A DNA stretch of 32,000 nucleotides from Coprobacillaceae bacterium (GTDB taxonomy: Bacteria > Bacillota_I > Bacilli_A > Erysipelotrichales > Coprobacillaceae), in NCBI GenBank assembly GCA_963675515.1, contig OY776328.1:2370001-2402000 (forward strand). Direction: 5' to 3'. Positions 10,015 to 18,210 of the stretch are shown piece by piece (positions within the stretch are counted from its first letter, which is position 1; every line of letters starts with the position of its first letter). A program made the translations under genes and the position numbers. Under the pieces are notes generated by a model that saw only the letters and a program-made list of their open reading frames with translations, made no database searches and was not told where the DNA came from.

Positions 10015-10082
10015 AATCCTGAAAGGAATCGCCCCATTGCCGGATTACCGGATAGTGGACAGCGTTCCTGTCAGGATTTTTT
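10015..10082. terminator. Bidirectional terminator between the convergent niaR and MATE genes
   Basis: AATCCTGA..AGGAA (10015-10028) pairs with TTCCT.TCAGGATT (10065-10078), followed by a T-run on the plus strand and TTTT on the minus strand. An inner CCGG-ATTA-CCGG hairpin is present. Confidence 0.5.
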
Positions 10083-11421
10083 ATGTTTCCAGATGTTGAT
10101 ACTTCGATGTCTTGACAAAAAACAACGAGACCAGAAGCAGGCCTTTGGCCACCGATGAGAGACTGACCGCCCAGAAAATCCCGGTTACATCTCCGATAAG
10201 ACCGACCAGTAAAAAAGCCAGCGGGATTCTCGCTCCGGTCAGGACTATCGAGACCAGAAACGGCGTGCGCGTGTCTCCATAGCCCCCGAATGCACCGGAG
10301 CTCATCAGCTCATAGCACATGAAAAGCTGGGATAACCCCAGGATTCTAAGGTAACTTACACCCAATGGCGCAAGCCCGGGCTCATGGATGAAGATCGAAA
10401 AAAGGAATCCGGGAAAGAGTTCCAGCAGCAAGGTTGTCGCCAGACCCCAGACCGTTATGATCTTGAGACCTTTGAAATAGCCTGTACGGGCCCGGTCATA
10501 TTTTTTCGAGCCGAAATTCTGGGAAGTGAATGAGTTGATCGCCGACCCGAATCCATCGGCGGTGATCCAGGATATCGATTCGATATTGCCCCCGACCCGT
10601 GTTATCGCAACCGCACTGTCGCCAAAACTGGCCGTATATCTTGACAGGACCATCGAAATCGATGCATAGCCGATCGACTGCAAAGCCGATGGCAATCCGA
10701 TCCTGAGTATTTCCCTTAGCTCCATCCAATTGACCTTTTTGATAAGATCAATCTTTTTAAACAGATAGTCATCCTTGATTATCGCCCGGACAAGCAAGAT
10801 GGAGACCGCTCCCTGGGAGATGACCGTGGCCCAGGCCGCTCCCCCAACACCCATATCCAGGCCAAAAATCATTAACGGATCGAGGATTATATTGGAAACA
10901 ATCCCGACCGTGTTCACCACAAAGGGCGTCTTTGAGTCCCCGGTTGCCGTAAGCAGACCGGTCATGACAAAGTTGAAAGACAAAAAAACCATGCCCAAGG
11001 CGACTATTTTCAGGTAACTGACCGCCTGGAAAACAACGTCGCCGGAGTGGAAGTTGAAAAATCCGATCATCTGGCTCGCAAACACAAACATCCCCAAGGC
11101 ATACAAAAGACTCGCCAGAAACGAAGTCTGCAAGACGGTACCGACATAACCTCGGGCCTTGGCCATCTTGCCGGCCCCAAGTTGCTGTCCCACCAGGACC
11201 TGGGCTCCGATCTTGAACATCAATACGAACCCCTCCCCGATCCAGACGTACATCCCGGCCGCACCGATGGCGCTCACGGCATTTACTCCGACCCGCCCGA
11301 CCCAGACCATGTCAATCAGGTTGTAAGCCAGCTGGATCATTGATGTGGCCATGATCGGCAGGGCCAACGCCAGCAGCGACTGCGTTATTTTACCATTCAA
11401 CAAATCGATTCTTCTTGCCAT
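10081..11421 (-). CDS. MATE family multidrug/toxic-compound efflux transporter
   Basis: About 446 aa, polytopic, with a MATE-like N-terminus (LLNGKITQSLLALALPIMATSMIQLAYNLIDMVWVGRVG). I chose the ATG at 11421 (MARRIDLL) because GGAGGAAG lies 8 nt upstream. The track ORF starts 15 codons earlier with no SD. Confidence 0.88.
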   Translation of the reverse strand: MARRIDLLNGKITQSLLALALPIMATSMIQLAYNLIDMVWVGRVGVNAVSAIGAAGMYVWIGEGFVLMFKIGAQVLVGQQLGAGKMAKARGYVGTVLQTSFLASLLYALGMFVFASQMIGFFNFHSGDVVFQAVSYLKIVALGMVFLSFNFVMTGLLTATGDSKTPFVVNTVGIVSNIILDPLMIFGLDMGVGGAAWATVISQGAVSILLVRAIIKDDYLFKKIDLIKKVNWMELREILRIGLPSALQSIGYASISMVLSRYTASFGDSAVAITRVGGNIESISWITADGFGSAINSFTSQNFGSKKYDRARTGYFKGLKIITVWGLATTLLLELFPGFLFSIFIHEPGLAPLGVSYLRILGLSQLFMCYELMSSGAFGGYGDTRTPFLVSIVLTGARIPLAFLLVGLIGDVTGIFWAVSLSSVAKGLLLVSLFFVKTSKYQHLET

Positions 11422-11508
11422 TTTAACTTCCTCCATACCATCAAACACTATAGCACCAAATTGCACAAATTCAAAGACAATTGGCCCGTAAATTTGACAG
11501 TTGTAAAA

Positions 11509-11538
11509 GCAAAAAAGAAAAACCCCTGTTTCCAGGAG
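11509..11538 (-). terminator. Rho-independent terminator after thiT
   Basis: Minus strand reads CTCCTG-GAAA-CAGGGG followed by TTTTTCTTTTTT, starting at the thiT stop codon. Confidence 0.6.
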
Positions 11539-12078
11539 TCAGACTTCGCGCATCGGAATCCGCTTGATGAGAATCGGTGCGATGATTATGGCTACAACCA
11601 TTGTCGCCAGGTTGTACCACAGATTGTAGTTGAGTGAATACACCCAGGCCCCAGCACTTCCAGGAGCCGATCCTTCAGGGAAATAGAAGAACACGCCCGA
11701 TAGGACATTTGAGAGAAACCGGATAACCGATACGAGGACGATGCCGGTGTAAAGATTGTTTTTCATAAACAATTTAGGCATCAGGCAAGCCAGACCGATG
11801 ATCGTGTCGGGAACAAGGTAATCCAGGAAATATTGGGCCGGATTCAAATACCAGCGGTTGAAACCAAACAAGGTGAAGCCGACAAACCACCAGAGAAAAC
11901 CGGAAGTCCATCCTTTTTTCCACCCCAGATGGTATGACGCCAGGATGATCGGAATCACTCCCAGGTTGATGCTGCCACCCAGTGGCATCTGCAGGATTGG
12001 AACGATTTGGGAAACGGCTTCAAGCACCAGGGCCAAAGCGACATACATCCCCATGAAAACTAGATCTTTGACTTTCAT
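11539..12078 (-). CDS. thiT: Thiamine transporter ThiT (ECF-type S component)
   Basis: 179 aa, about 6 TM helices, resembling the YuaJ/ThiT family (WVYSLNYNLWYNL near the C-terminus). A TPP riboswitch lies directly upstream. Confidence 0.8.
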   Translation of the reverse strand: MKVKDLVFMGMYVALALVLEAVSQIVPILQMPLGGSINLGVIPIILASYHLGWKKGWTSGFLWWFVGFTLFGFNRWYLNPAQYFLDYLVPDTIIGLACLMPKLFMKNNLYTGIVLVSVIRFLSNVLSGVFFYFPEGSAPGSAGAWVYSLNYNLWYNLATMVVAIIIAPILIKRIPMREV

Positions 12079-12119
12079 TAAAAAAACACCTCCATTGAAT
12101 GATCGAGGCGCAAGGTTCC

Positions 12120-12205
12120 AATATCATTGAACTCCCTACGCTAGTCTTAACTAGATCAGGTGATAAGGGTTTATCTCAGCTTTTCAGCACCCCTGTTCAC
12201 GAGAG
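12120..12205 (-). promoter_or_regulatory. TPP (THI-box) riboswitch controlling thiT
   Basis: Minus strand reads TGAAC-AGGGGTGCTGAAAAGCTGAGATAAACCCTTATCACCTGATCTAGTTAAGACTAGCGTAGGGA-GTTCA. It contains the conserved GGGGTGC, CTGAGA, ACCCTT, ACCTGATCT and GCGTAGGGA elements and a closing P1 helix (TGAAC/GTTCA). An extended -10 (TGTATAAT, 12207-12214) sits just upstream. Confidence 0.9.
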
Positions 12206-12246
12206 TATTATACACCATTTCAAGACTCTTGTACACCACAAATATC

Positions 12247-12999
12247 CTAGCTGCCTTTACGCTTGATTTTGGCAATCCCGGCGATCTTTACTCTTGCAGG
12301 AAGCATAGTCAACAACCTGTTGGCACTCCCTACTATCTGGACCGGCTTTTTCCTGGCAATCTGCCTGGCTCCGATTTTCGCCACCCGGGCCGGATCCATC
12401 GCCCATTTGGGGCATTTTTGATTCGATGATTCGAAAAAACCGGTTTTAGTCGTTCCCGGACAAAGCGCTCCGACAAAAACTCCCTTTGCCTTGGCCTCGT
12501 AGTTCAATGCCAGGCTGTAATTCAAGACAAACGATTTGGAAGCGAAATAGCTGGCCGTGTAGGGACCTGGAACATAGGCTCCTGTAGAGGCCACGTTCAG
12601 GATGCTTCCTTTTCCCTTCTTAAAGAAATAGGCCATGAACATCTTGGTGATTTCCATAAGGGAGCAGATGTTGACCATGATCATCTCGCGATCTTTTCCT
12701 GGTGGTATTTCGTGGGCCGGTCCCGAAGTGGCAATCCCGGCATTGTTTATAACCAGGGTGACATCCAGCTTGTTGTCCTGGACGTATCGGTCGATAATCT
12801 TGGGGGCATCCTGAAAAGCCAGATCGAGAGGCAGGGTTTCGACCCTGATTCCATACTGGCCCTCGAGATCTCTCTTCAATTTTTCCAGAGCATTCCTGTC
12901 GCGACCGATTATTATCAAATTTTCCTTCCTTGAGCCGTATAGCCTGGCAAACTCCCTGCCGATGCCCCTGGTAGCCCCGGTAATCAAAATATACTCCAT
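12247..12999 (-). CDS. SDR family NAD(P)-dependent oxidoreductase
   Basis: TGATRGIG cofactor motif, NNAG, and the catalytic Y-x3-K (YFASK). I prefer the ATG at 12999 (MEYILITGA) because AAAGGAG lies 6 nt upstream. Confidence 0.85.
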   Translation of the reverse strand: MEYILITGATRGIGREFARLYGSRKENLIIIGRDRNALEKLKRDLEGQYGIRVETLPLDLAFQDAPKIIDRYVQDNKLDVTLVINNAGIATSGPAHEIPPGKDREMIMVNICSLMEITKMFMAYFFKKGKGSILNVASTGAYVPGPYTASYFASKSFVLNYSLALNYEAKAKGVFVGALCPGTTKTGFFESSNQKCPKWAMDPARVAKIGARQIARKKPVQIVGSANRLLTMLPARVKIAGIAKIKRKGS

Positions 13000-13184
13000 A
13001 CCTGCTCCTTTCATTTGACCTTTATTTTCACTATTAACTTCATCCTGGCATTTTCGATGTCATATGTCTTAATTAGCCAAACAAAATCGTATTTTAATTC
13101 GAATATTCCAACTTTATGATCGTTTTCACTATTATTCTAACTTATTATATGATATCATGCTACAAGAATATTTTGGAGGACAAT

Positions 13185-14447
13185 ATGGAAGAGAAAAAAC
13201 TAATTATCGATGTCAATGAACGACCGCAGCTCAAGTCATGGCTGTTCTTGTCGGTGCAGCACGTTTTCGCGATGTTTGGCGCTACGATTCTGGTGCCGAT
13301 TCTGACCGGCTATCCCGTTTCAGTCGCCCTTTTCGCATCAGGGGTGGGCACACTTATCTATACCTTCGTAACCAAAGGAAAGGTCCCGGTATACCTGGGT
13401 TCATCATTTGCCTATATCACAGCCGTGATTGTGGCGGTAAAGGCCATGAACGGTTCGATTGCCGCAGCCCAGACCGGACTGATGCTTGTTGGCGCGATTT
13501 ACTGCGTTGTCGCCCTGATCATCAAATTTGTCGGTAAGAGCTGGATCGATGTCCTGCTCCCGCCGGTTGTAATCGGACCAATGATCGCAGTCATCGGTTT
13601 GGGACTGGCATCAAGCGCCATCACCAATGCCGGTTTCGTTGCCGGAGGTGATCCACGAAACATGATCGTGGCGAGCGTGACCTTCCTGGTTGCCGCATTC
13701 ATCTCCGCCAAAGGAAAAGGCTTCATGAAAATAATTCCATTTCTAATCGCCATCATCGTCGGCTTCGGGATCTCTATGGCCTTTGGCATGGTCGATTTGA
13801 CCACAATCGCTTCGGCTCCGTGGTTCTCGATTCCCCAGTTTTCATTCCCGGTGCAGATCGGAAACTTCAACAGCTACCAGCTTTACTTTGGACCTGAAAC
13901 ATTGGCTATCCTGCCAGTCGCCCTGGTCACGATTTCCGAACATATCGGAGACCACGTGGTGCTCGGTCATATCTGCGGCAAGAACTTCCTTAAGGAACCA
14001 GGTCTTAACCGCACCCTGGTCGGTGACGGCCTGGCAACCGCTTTTTCAGCCCTTGTAGGCGGACCGGCCAACACCACTTACGGTGAAAACACCGGGGTGA
14101 TCGGGATGACGAAGATCGGTTCGGTCTATGTGACTGCCGGAGCGGCCGTGTTCGCTATCATCCTTTCGACAAGCGGCAAGGTCGCAGCCATCATTTCATC
14201 GATTCCTACAAGCGTTCTTGGCGGAATGTCAATCCTGCTTTATGGGGTTATTGCCTCTAACGGTCTGCGCGTCCTGATTGAAAACCGCGTCGACTACTCG
14301 AAGCAAAAAAATCTCATCATCACTTCAGCCATGCTTGTGTTCGGGCTGGGCGGGGCCGTGCTGCCATTGCCCGGTTCGGCTGTCCTTTCAGGGACCGCAC
14401 TTAGCGCCCTGGTTGGAATAATCCTTAACTTGATAATCCCCGATTAA
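13185..14447 (+). CDS. uraA: Uracil permease (NCS2/NAT family)
   Basis: ERPQLKSWLFLSVQHVFAMFGATILVPILTG, YLGSSFAY and NTTYGENTGV closely parallel E. coli UraA. I chose the ATG at 13185 (MEEKKLI) because GGAGGA lies 6 nt upstream. The track ORF starts 23 codons earlier. Confidence 0.88.
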   Translation: MEEKKLIIDVNERPQLKSWLFLSVQHVFAMFGATILVPILTGYPVSVALFASGVGTLIYTFVTKGKVPVYLGSSFAYITAVIVAVKAMNGSIAAAQTGLMLVGAIYCVVALIIKFVGKSWIDVLLPPVVIGPMIAVIGLGLASSAITNAGFVAGGDPRNMIVASVTFLVAAFISAKGKGFMKIIPFLIAIIVGFGISMAFGMVDLTTIASAPWFSIPQFSFPVQIGNFNSYQLYFGPETLAILPVALVTISEHIGDHVVLGHICGKNFLKEPGLNRTLVGDGLATAFSALVGGPANTTYGENTGVIGMTKIGSVYVTAGAAVFAIILSTSGKVAAIISSIPTSVLGGMSILLYGVIASNGLRVLIENRVDYSKQKNLIITSAMLVFGLGGAVLPLPGSAVLSGTALSALVGIILNLIIPD

Positions 14448-14472
14448 AGATATCCTTGCGATATCTTTTTTT
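14446..14472 (+). terminator. Rho-independent terminator after uraA
   Basis: AAAGATATC-CTTGC-GATATCTTT followed by TTTT. Confidence 0.7.
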
Positions 14473-14494
14473 ATGTGCCTATGCGTCATAGTTA

Positions 14495-14522
14495 TTGACA
14501 TATGATCTAAAAGGTATATAAT
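14495..14522 (+). promoter_or_regulatory. Sigma-A promoter of the NifX-like/MinD-ferredoxin operon
   Basis: TTGACA (14495-14500), 16-nt spacer, TATAAT (14517-14522). AGGAGG SD at 14540-14545. Confidence 0.6.
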
Positions 14523-14552
14523 GAACATATGTCATTAACAGGAGGATAAATC

Positions 14553-14912
14553 ATGAAACTATTGGCTATGGCCGTAAATGAAAAAAGCATGGCGGCACAA
14601 CTATCAAACAATTTTGCCAGGGCAAAATATTTCGCCTTTGTCAACCTTGACGACGGAGGGGTCGAATTCAAGGATAATCCGGCTTTCACGTCAAGTGGAG
14701 GAGCCGGAATCAAGGCCGGACAGTTTTTGCTAGACAATAAGGCGGAGATACTGATCGCCAAACAGCTCGGTCAAAATGCCAGCGACCTGCTCTTGGGTAC
14801 GGTGGAGATTTTAACCGGCATCGACGGGTCGTTGGAAGATAACCTGCTCAAATATAAAAGCGGCGAACTTGCACAAGGAACATCAACCCATCCGGGATTC
14901 CACAATGGCTAA
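14553..14912 (+). CDS. NifB/NifX-like (dinitrogenase Fe-Mo cofactor family) domain protein, Cys-free
   Basis: 119 aa. The fold-family pattern (KYFAFVNLDDGG..., GAGIKAGQFLLDNKAEILIAKQLGQNA) resembles the small NifX/NifB C-terminal domain family. GGAGG SD lies 7 nt upstream. Confidence 0.7.
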   Translation: MKLLAMAVNEKSMAAQLSNNFARAKYFAFVNLDDGGVEFKDNPAFTSSGGAGIKAGQFLLDNKAEILIAKQLGQNASDLLLGTVEILTGIDGSLEDNLLKYKSGELAQGTSTHPGFHNG

Positions 14913-15720
14913 TATCGCCATTCTCTCAGGTAAAGGGGGAACCGGCAAGACTTTCGTGGCAACCAATCTTGCCCGGGTCGCAGGCAAGTGCACCTATCTT
15001 GACTGTGACGTCGAGGAACCCAACGGCAACATTTTCCTCAATGGACCGGTTTTATCTACCAGGGATGTCACTGTCAAGGTTCCAGTCATCGACAGGGAAA
15101 AGTGCAACGGATGCAGAAAGTGCGTTGATTTTTGCAAGTTCAACGCACTAGCCTACCTTTACGACCGGGTCCTGGTCTTCAAAAACATCTGCCACAACTG
15201 TGAGGGCTGCGCCCTTGTCTGCGAGCAGCAGGCGATCACTTTTGAGCACCTGAAAGTCGGAGAAGTGGCGATAGGATCATACCATGACGTGAACGTCGTG
15301 ACCGGAACAATGAAAGTCGGCACTGAGTCAGCGGTTTCGACAATCGCGGCCACCCTTGAAAGCCGTCAGTCAGGTCTTAACATCATCGACTGCCCACCAG
15401 GAACCGCGTGCAGTGTAATGGAAGCCATCGAGGATGCCGACTATTGCATTATCGTTGTCGAACCGACCCTGTTTTCTTACCACAACTACCTGATGGTCAA
15501 GGAGCTGCTTGTTAAACTGAAGTTGCCCTATGGCCTGATCGTCAACAAGGACATGGAAAGTGTCGTCAGCTACGATGACTTTGTGATTGCCCGGATTCCC
15601 TATCAAAAGGAAATAGGCATGCTTGTCGCTTCAGGCAAGCTCGCAGTCGAACACAGTGAGCAGTTCCGGGATATCTTCAATGGTATCCTAGAGAGTGTAA
15701 GGAGGCAAAGCGATGTATAA
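14905..15720 (+). CDS. MinD/ParA-superfamily P-loop ATPase with an inserted 2x[4Fe-4S] ferredoxin domain
   Basis: Deviant Walker A SGKGGTGKT at the N-terminus when started at MANIAIL (14905, an 8-nt overlap with the upstream stop). Two CxxCxxCxxxC motifs (CNGCRKCVDFC, CHNCEGCALVC). Confidence 0.85.
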   Translation: MANIAILSGKGGTGKTFVATNLARVAGKCTYLDCDVEEPNGNIFLNGPVLSTRDVTVKVPVIDREKCNGCRKCVDFCKFNALAYLYDRVLVFKNICHNCEGCALVCEQQAITFEHLKVGEVAIGSYHDVNVVTGTMKVGTESAVSTIAATLESRQSGLNIIDCPPGTACSVMEAIEDADYCIIVVEPTLFSYHNYLMVKELLVKLKLPYGLIVNKDMESVVSYDDFVIARIPYQKEIGMLVASGKLAVEHSEQFRDIFNGILESVRRQSDV

Positions 15721-16558
15721 GATACTTGTACTAAGTGGCAAGGGCGGGACCGGAAAGACGACGATCGCCTCAAGCCTTATCGAACTTTTCAACTCCAAAG
15801 TGTTCGGGGACGTCGATGTCGACGCTCCAAATTTGTTCTTGCTAAACGAGATGGCGATAGCCGATACGAAAGATTACTACGGTCTCAAAAAGGCAATAAT
15901 CGATCAGGACAAATGCATCCGATGTGGCAAATGCATTGCCCACTGCAAATTCAAAGCAATTGAAGAATTCCAGGTGGTCCCTTACCGCTGTGAAGGGTGC
16001 GGAGTCTGCGAATTTGTCTGCCCGGTTGGCGCCATCACCATGGTTGACAATGTGTGCGGCCAGACCTTCGAAGCCGTAGATGGCGACCGTAGATTCTACA
16101 GCGCCAAATTGAAAATGGGCGAGGGGAATTCCGGGAAGCTGGTGACCCAGGTTAAAAACCTGATGCCCGAGTTCGACACGATCTGTATCATCGACGGTTC
16201 ACCTGGAGTTGGATGTCCGGTAATCGCCGCAATGGCCAACGTCGACTTGATCCTGCTTGTGTGCGAAGCGACCATGAGCGGTCTGGCCGACATGAAGCGG
16301 ACTTACGAACTGTCTAAGTCATTCAATCTCAAAGCTGCCTGTGTCATCAATCGCTTCGACCTGTCATTGGAAGCGACAGACCAGATCAAGGAATACCTCA
16401 ACCAGGAGAATATTTCCTTGGTCGGGACCATTCCCAACGATCCAGGGGTAGTTGAATGTATCAACCAGGGACTAAATGTCATCGATTTCGACATTCCTGC
16501 AGCCAGAGCGATAAAGGATATCGCTGTCAAACTGAAAAAAACAATAGAAAGAGGATAA
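15713..16558 (+). CDS. MinD/ParA-superfamily P-loop ATPase with an inserted 2x[4Fe-4S] ferredoxin domain (paralog)
   Basis: SGKGGTGKT, CIRCGKCIAHC and CEGCGVCEFVCP. AAGGAGG SD lies 7 nt upstream. 8-nt overlap with the upstream gene. Confidence 0.87.
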   Translation: MYKILVLSGKGGTGKTTIASSLIELFNSKVFGDVDVDAPNLFLLNEMAIADTKDYYGLKKAIIDQDKCIRCGKCIAHCKFKAIEEFQVVPYRCEGCGVCEFVCPVGAITMVDNVCGQTFEAVDGDRRFYSAKLKMGEGNSGKLVTQVKNLMPEFDTICIIDGSPGVGCPVIAAMANVDLILLVCEATMSGLADMKRTYELSKSFNLKAACVINRFDLSLEATDQIKEYLNQENISLVGTIPNDPGVVECINQGLNVIDFDIPAARAIKDIAVKLKKTIERG

Positions 16559-16562
16559 GAAT

Positions 16563-16925
16563 ATGAAAATAGCTGTAGCTAGTGACAACAACCAAATCAG
16601 CGCCCACTTCGGGCATTGCCGGCAATACCTGATTGCCAACTGCGAGGACAATAAAATTGTCAGCAGCGAATACGTGGACGCTCCAAAACATGAACCTGGG
16701 GTTTTGCCTAAGTTCCTTCATGACCTGGGTGTCAATGTGGTAATCGTCGGCGGAATCGGTTCTAAAGCCGTTGAACTGTTCAACCAGAGAGGCATCGATG
16801 TCTTCACCGGATGTACCGGAGACTGCATCGAAAACGTAAACAGATATCTTGAAGGCAGTCTGCTTTCCACCAATGCGATGTGTGCCGGTCACGATCATGA
16901 TGAAAATCATGAATGTTCCCACTAA
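16563..16925 (+). CDS. NifB/NifX-like domain protein with a His/Cys-rich C-terminal tail
   Basis: 120 aa. MKIAVAS..ISAHFGHC matches the family HFG motif. VVIVGGIGSKAVELF. Tail CAGHDHDENHECSH. Confidence 0.8.
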   Translation: MKIAVASDNNQISAHFGHCRQYLIANCEDNKIVSSEYVDAPKHEPGVLPKFLHDLGVNVVIVGGIGSKAVELFNQRGIDVFTGCTGDCIENVNRYLEGSLLSTNAMCAGHDHDENHECSH

Positions 16926-16954
16926 ATCATGACCTGACACCCCCATGTTAAGTC

Positions 16955-16998
16955 AAAAAAATCCTGGTTTACCGAATTCCGGTGAGTCAGGATTTTTT
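16955..16998. terminator. Bidirectional terminator between the NifX-like operon and coaBC
   Basis: AAAAAATCCTG ... CAGGATTTTTT with an inner ACCG-AATTC-CGGT hairpin, between convergent stop codons. Confidence 0.65.
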
Positions 16999-17014
16999 AG
17001 TTCCACAATATTTT

Positions 17015-18208
17015 TCAGGCCTTGGCTGTTTTTGCGATTATGAAATCGAGAATGCTTTTAGCCACTTCTTCCTTGCTGGCAAGGGGACAGGCAATCGTCT
17101 CATCTTTGGTGATCAGGGTGACGACATTGGTGTCAACCTTGAAACCCGCCCCTTCAACCAGAAGGTTGTTGGCGACAATCAGATCGGCCCGCTTTTTTTC
17201 AAGTTTGGCCCTTGAATTTGCAACCAGGTTTTCGGTCTCCATCGAGAAACCGCAGATGAACTGATCAGGCCTTTTATCGTGCCCAAGACGGCTCAAAATG
17301 TCATCGGTCTTTTCAAACTCGAGCACCAGTCCTTCTGAATCCTTCTTTATTTTCTGGCTGGCATATACTTTCGGGCGATAATCGCCGACCGCAGCCGCCA
17401 TGATGACGATATCGGCCTTGGCTGACTGTTCTATCACCGTTTCTTCGAGCTCCTTGGCGCTTGTGACCTTGATGGTAGTCACAAATGGGACATCTGCGAG
17501 GTTCACATTGGCGCTTGCAAGGATTACATCCGCACCCCGTTCCATGGCATTGCGAGCCAGAGCATAACCCATCTTGCCGGTTGAGTGATTCGACAAAAAG
17601 CGTACCGGATCGATGGCCTCTTGGGTTGGACCGGCGCTTACAAGTACCGTTTTTCCAGCAAGATCCTTCTCAAAGCGGATATGTTTGTAGATATGGTCGA
17701 GAAGCTGCTCAACTTGGGGCAACTTGCCCTTGCCGTCGTCCTTGCACGCCAAAACGCCGATAGCCGGTTCGATAATCTCCCAGCCGTAATTCCCCAATTT
17801 GGCAATATTGTCCTGGACAATCCGGTTGTTGTACATGTTAGTGTTCATGGCCGGAGAGATCATCTTGGGACCGTGGTAAGCCAGAGCCGTGGTCGTAAGC
17901 ATGTCGTCACCGATGCCATTGGCCAGCTTGGCGATACAATTGGCCGAAGCCGGGGCGACTATAAACAAGTCCGCCATTTTAGCCAGATTGACGTGGGGTA
18001 CGACAATGTCGCCTTCTTCGTCGAAGGTGTCCACATAGCACTTGTTTCCGGTCAATGTCGAAAAGACAACGGGGCTGATGAATTTGGTCGCATTTTCAGT
18101 CATAAGAACATAGACATTGACTCCGTTTTTGGTCAGGTTGCTGGCGACATCAGCCATCTTGTAAGCCGCGATACTTCCGGTTACTCCGATCAATACAGTT
18201 TTTTTCAT
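17015..18208 (-). CDS. coaBC: Bifunctional phosphopantothenoylcysteine decarboxylase / phosphopantothenate-cysteine ligase CoaBC
   Basis: 397 aa. Flavoprotein N-terminus VLIGVTGSIAAYKMADVASNL and a C-terminal CoaB half (SAGPTQEAIDPVRFLSNHSTGKMG). Confidence 0.93.
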   Translation of the reverse strand: MKKTVLIGVTGSIAAYKMADVASNLTKNGVNVYVLMTENATKFISPVVFSTLTGNKCYVDTFDEEGDIVVPHVNLAKMADLFIVAPASANCIAKLANGIGDDMLTTTALAYHGPKMISPAMNTNMYNNRIVQDNIAKLGNYGWEIIEPAIGVLACKDDGKGKLPQVEQLLDHIYKHIRFEKDLAGKTVLVSAGPTQEAIDPVRFLSNHSTGKMGYALARNAMERGADVILASANVNLADVPFVTTIKVTSAKELEETVIEQSAKADIVIMAAAVGDYRPKVYASQKIKKDSEGLVLEFEKTDDILSRLGHDKRPDQFICGFSMETENLVANSRAKLEKKRADLIVANNLLVEGAGFKVDTNVVTLITKDETIACPLASKEEVAKSILDFIIAKTAKA

Positions 18209-18210
18209 AG

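Noticed and set aside
12160-12429. An 89-aa plus-strand ORF spanning the thiT leader and the SDR 3' end.
   Set aside because: It overlaps the TPP riboswitch on the opposite strand and the SDR coding region, and has no SD. I consider it spurious.
13015-13184. A PyrR attenuator or other riboswitch in front of the uracil permease.
   Set aside because: The region contains no PyrR binding loop (..UCCAGAGAGG..) and no terminator/antiterminator pair.
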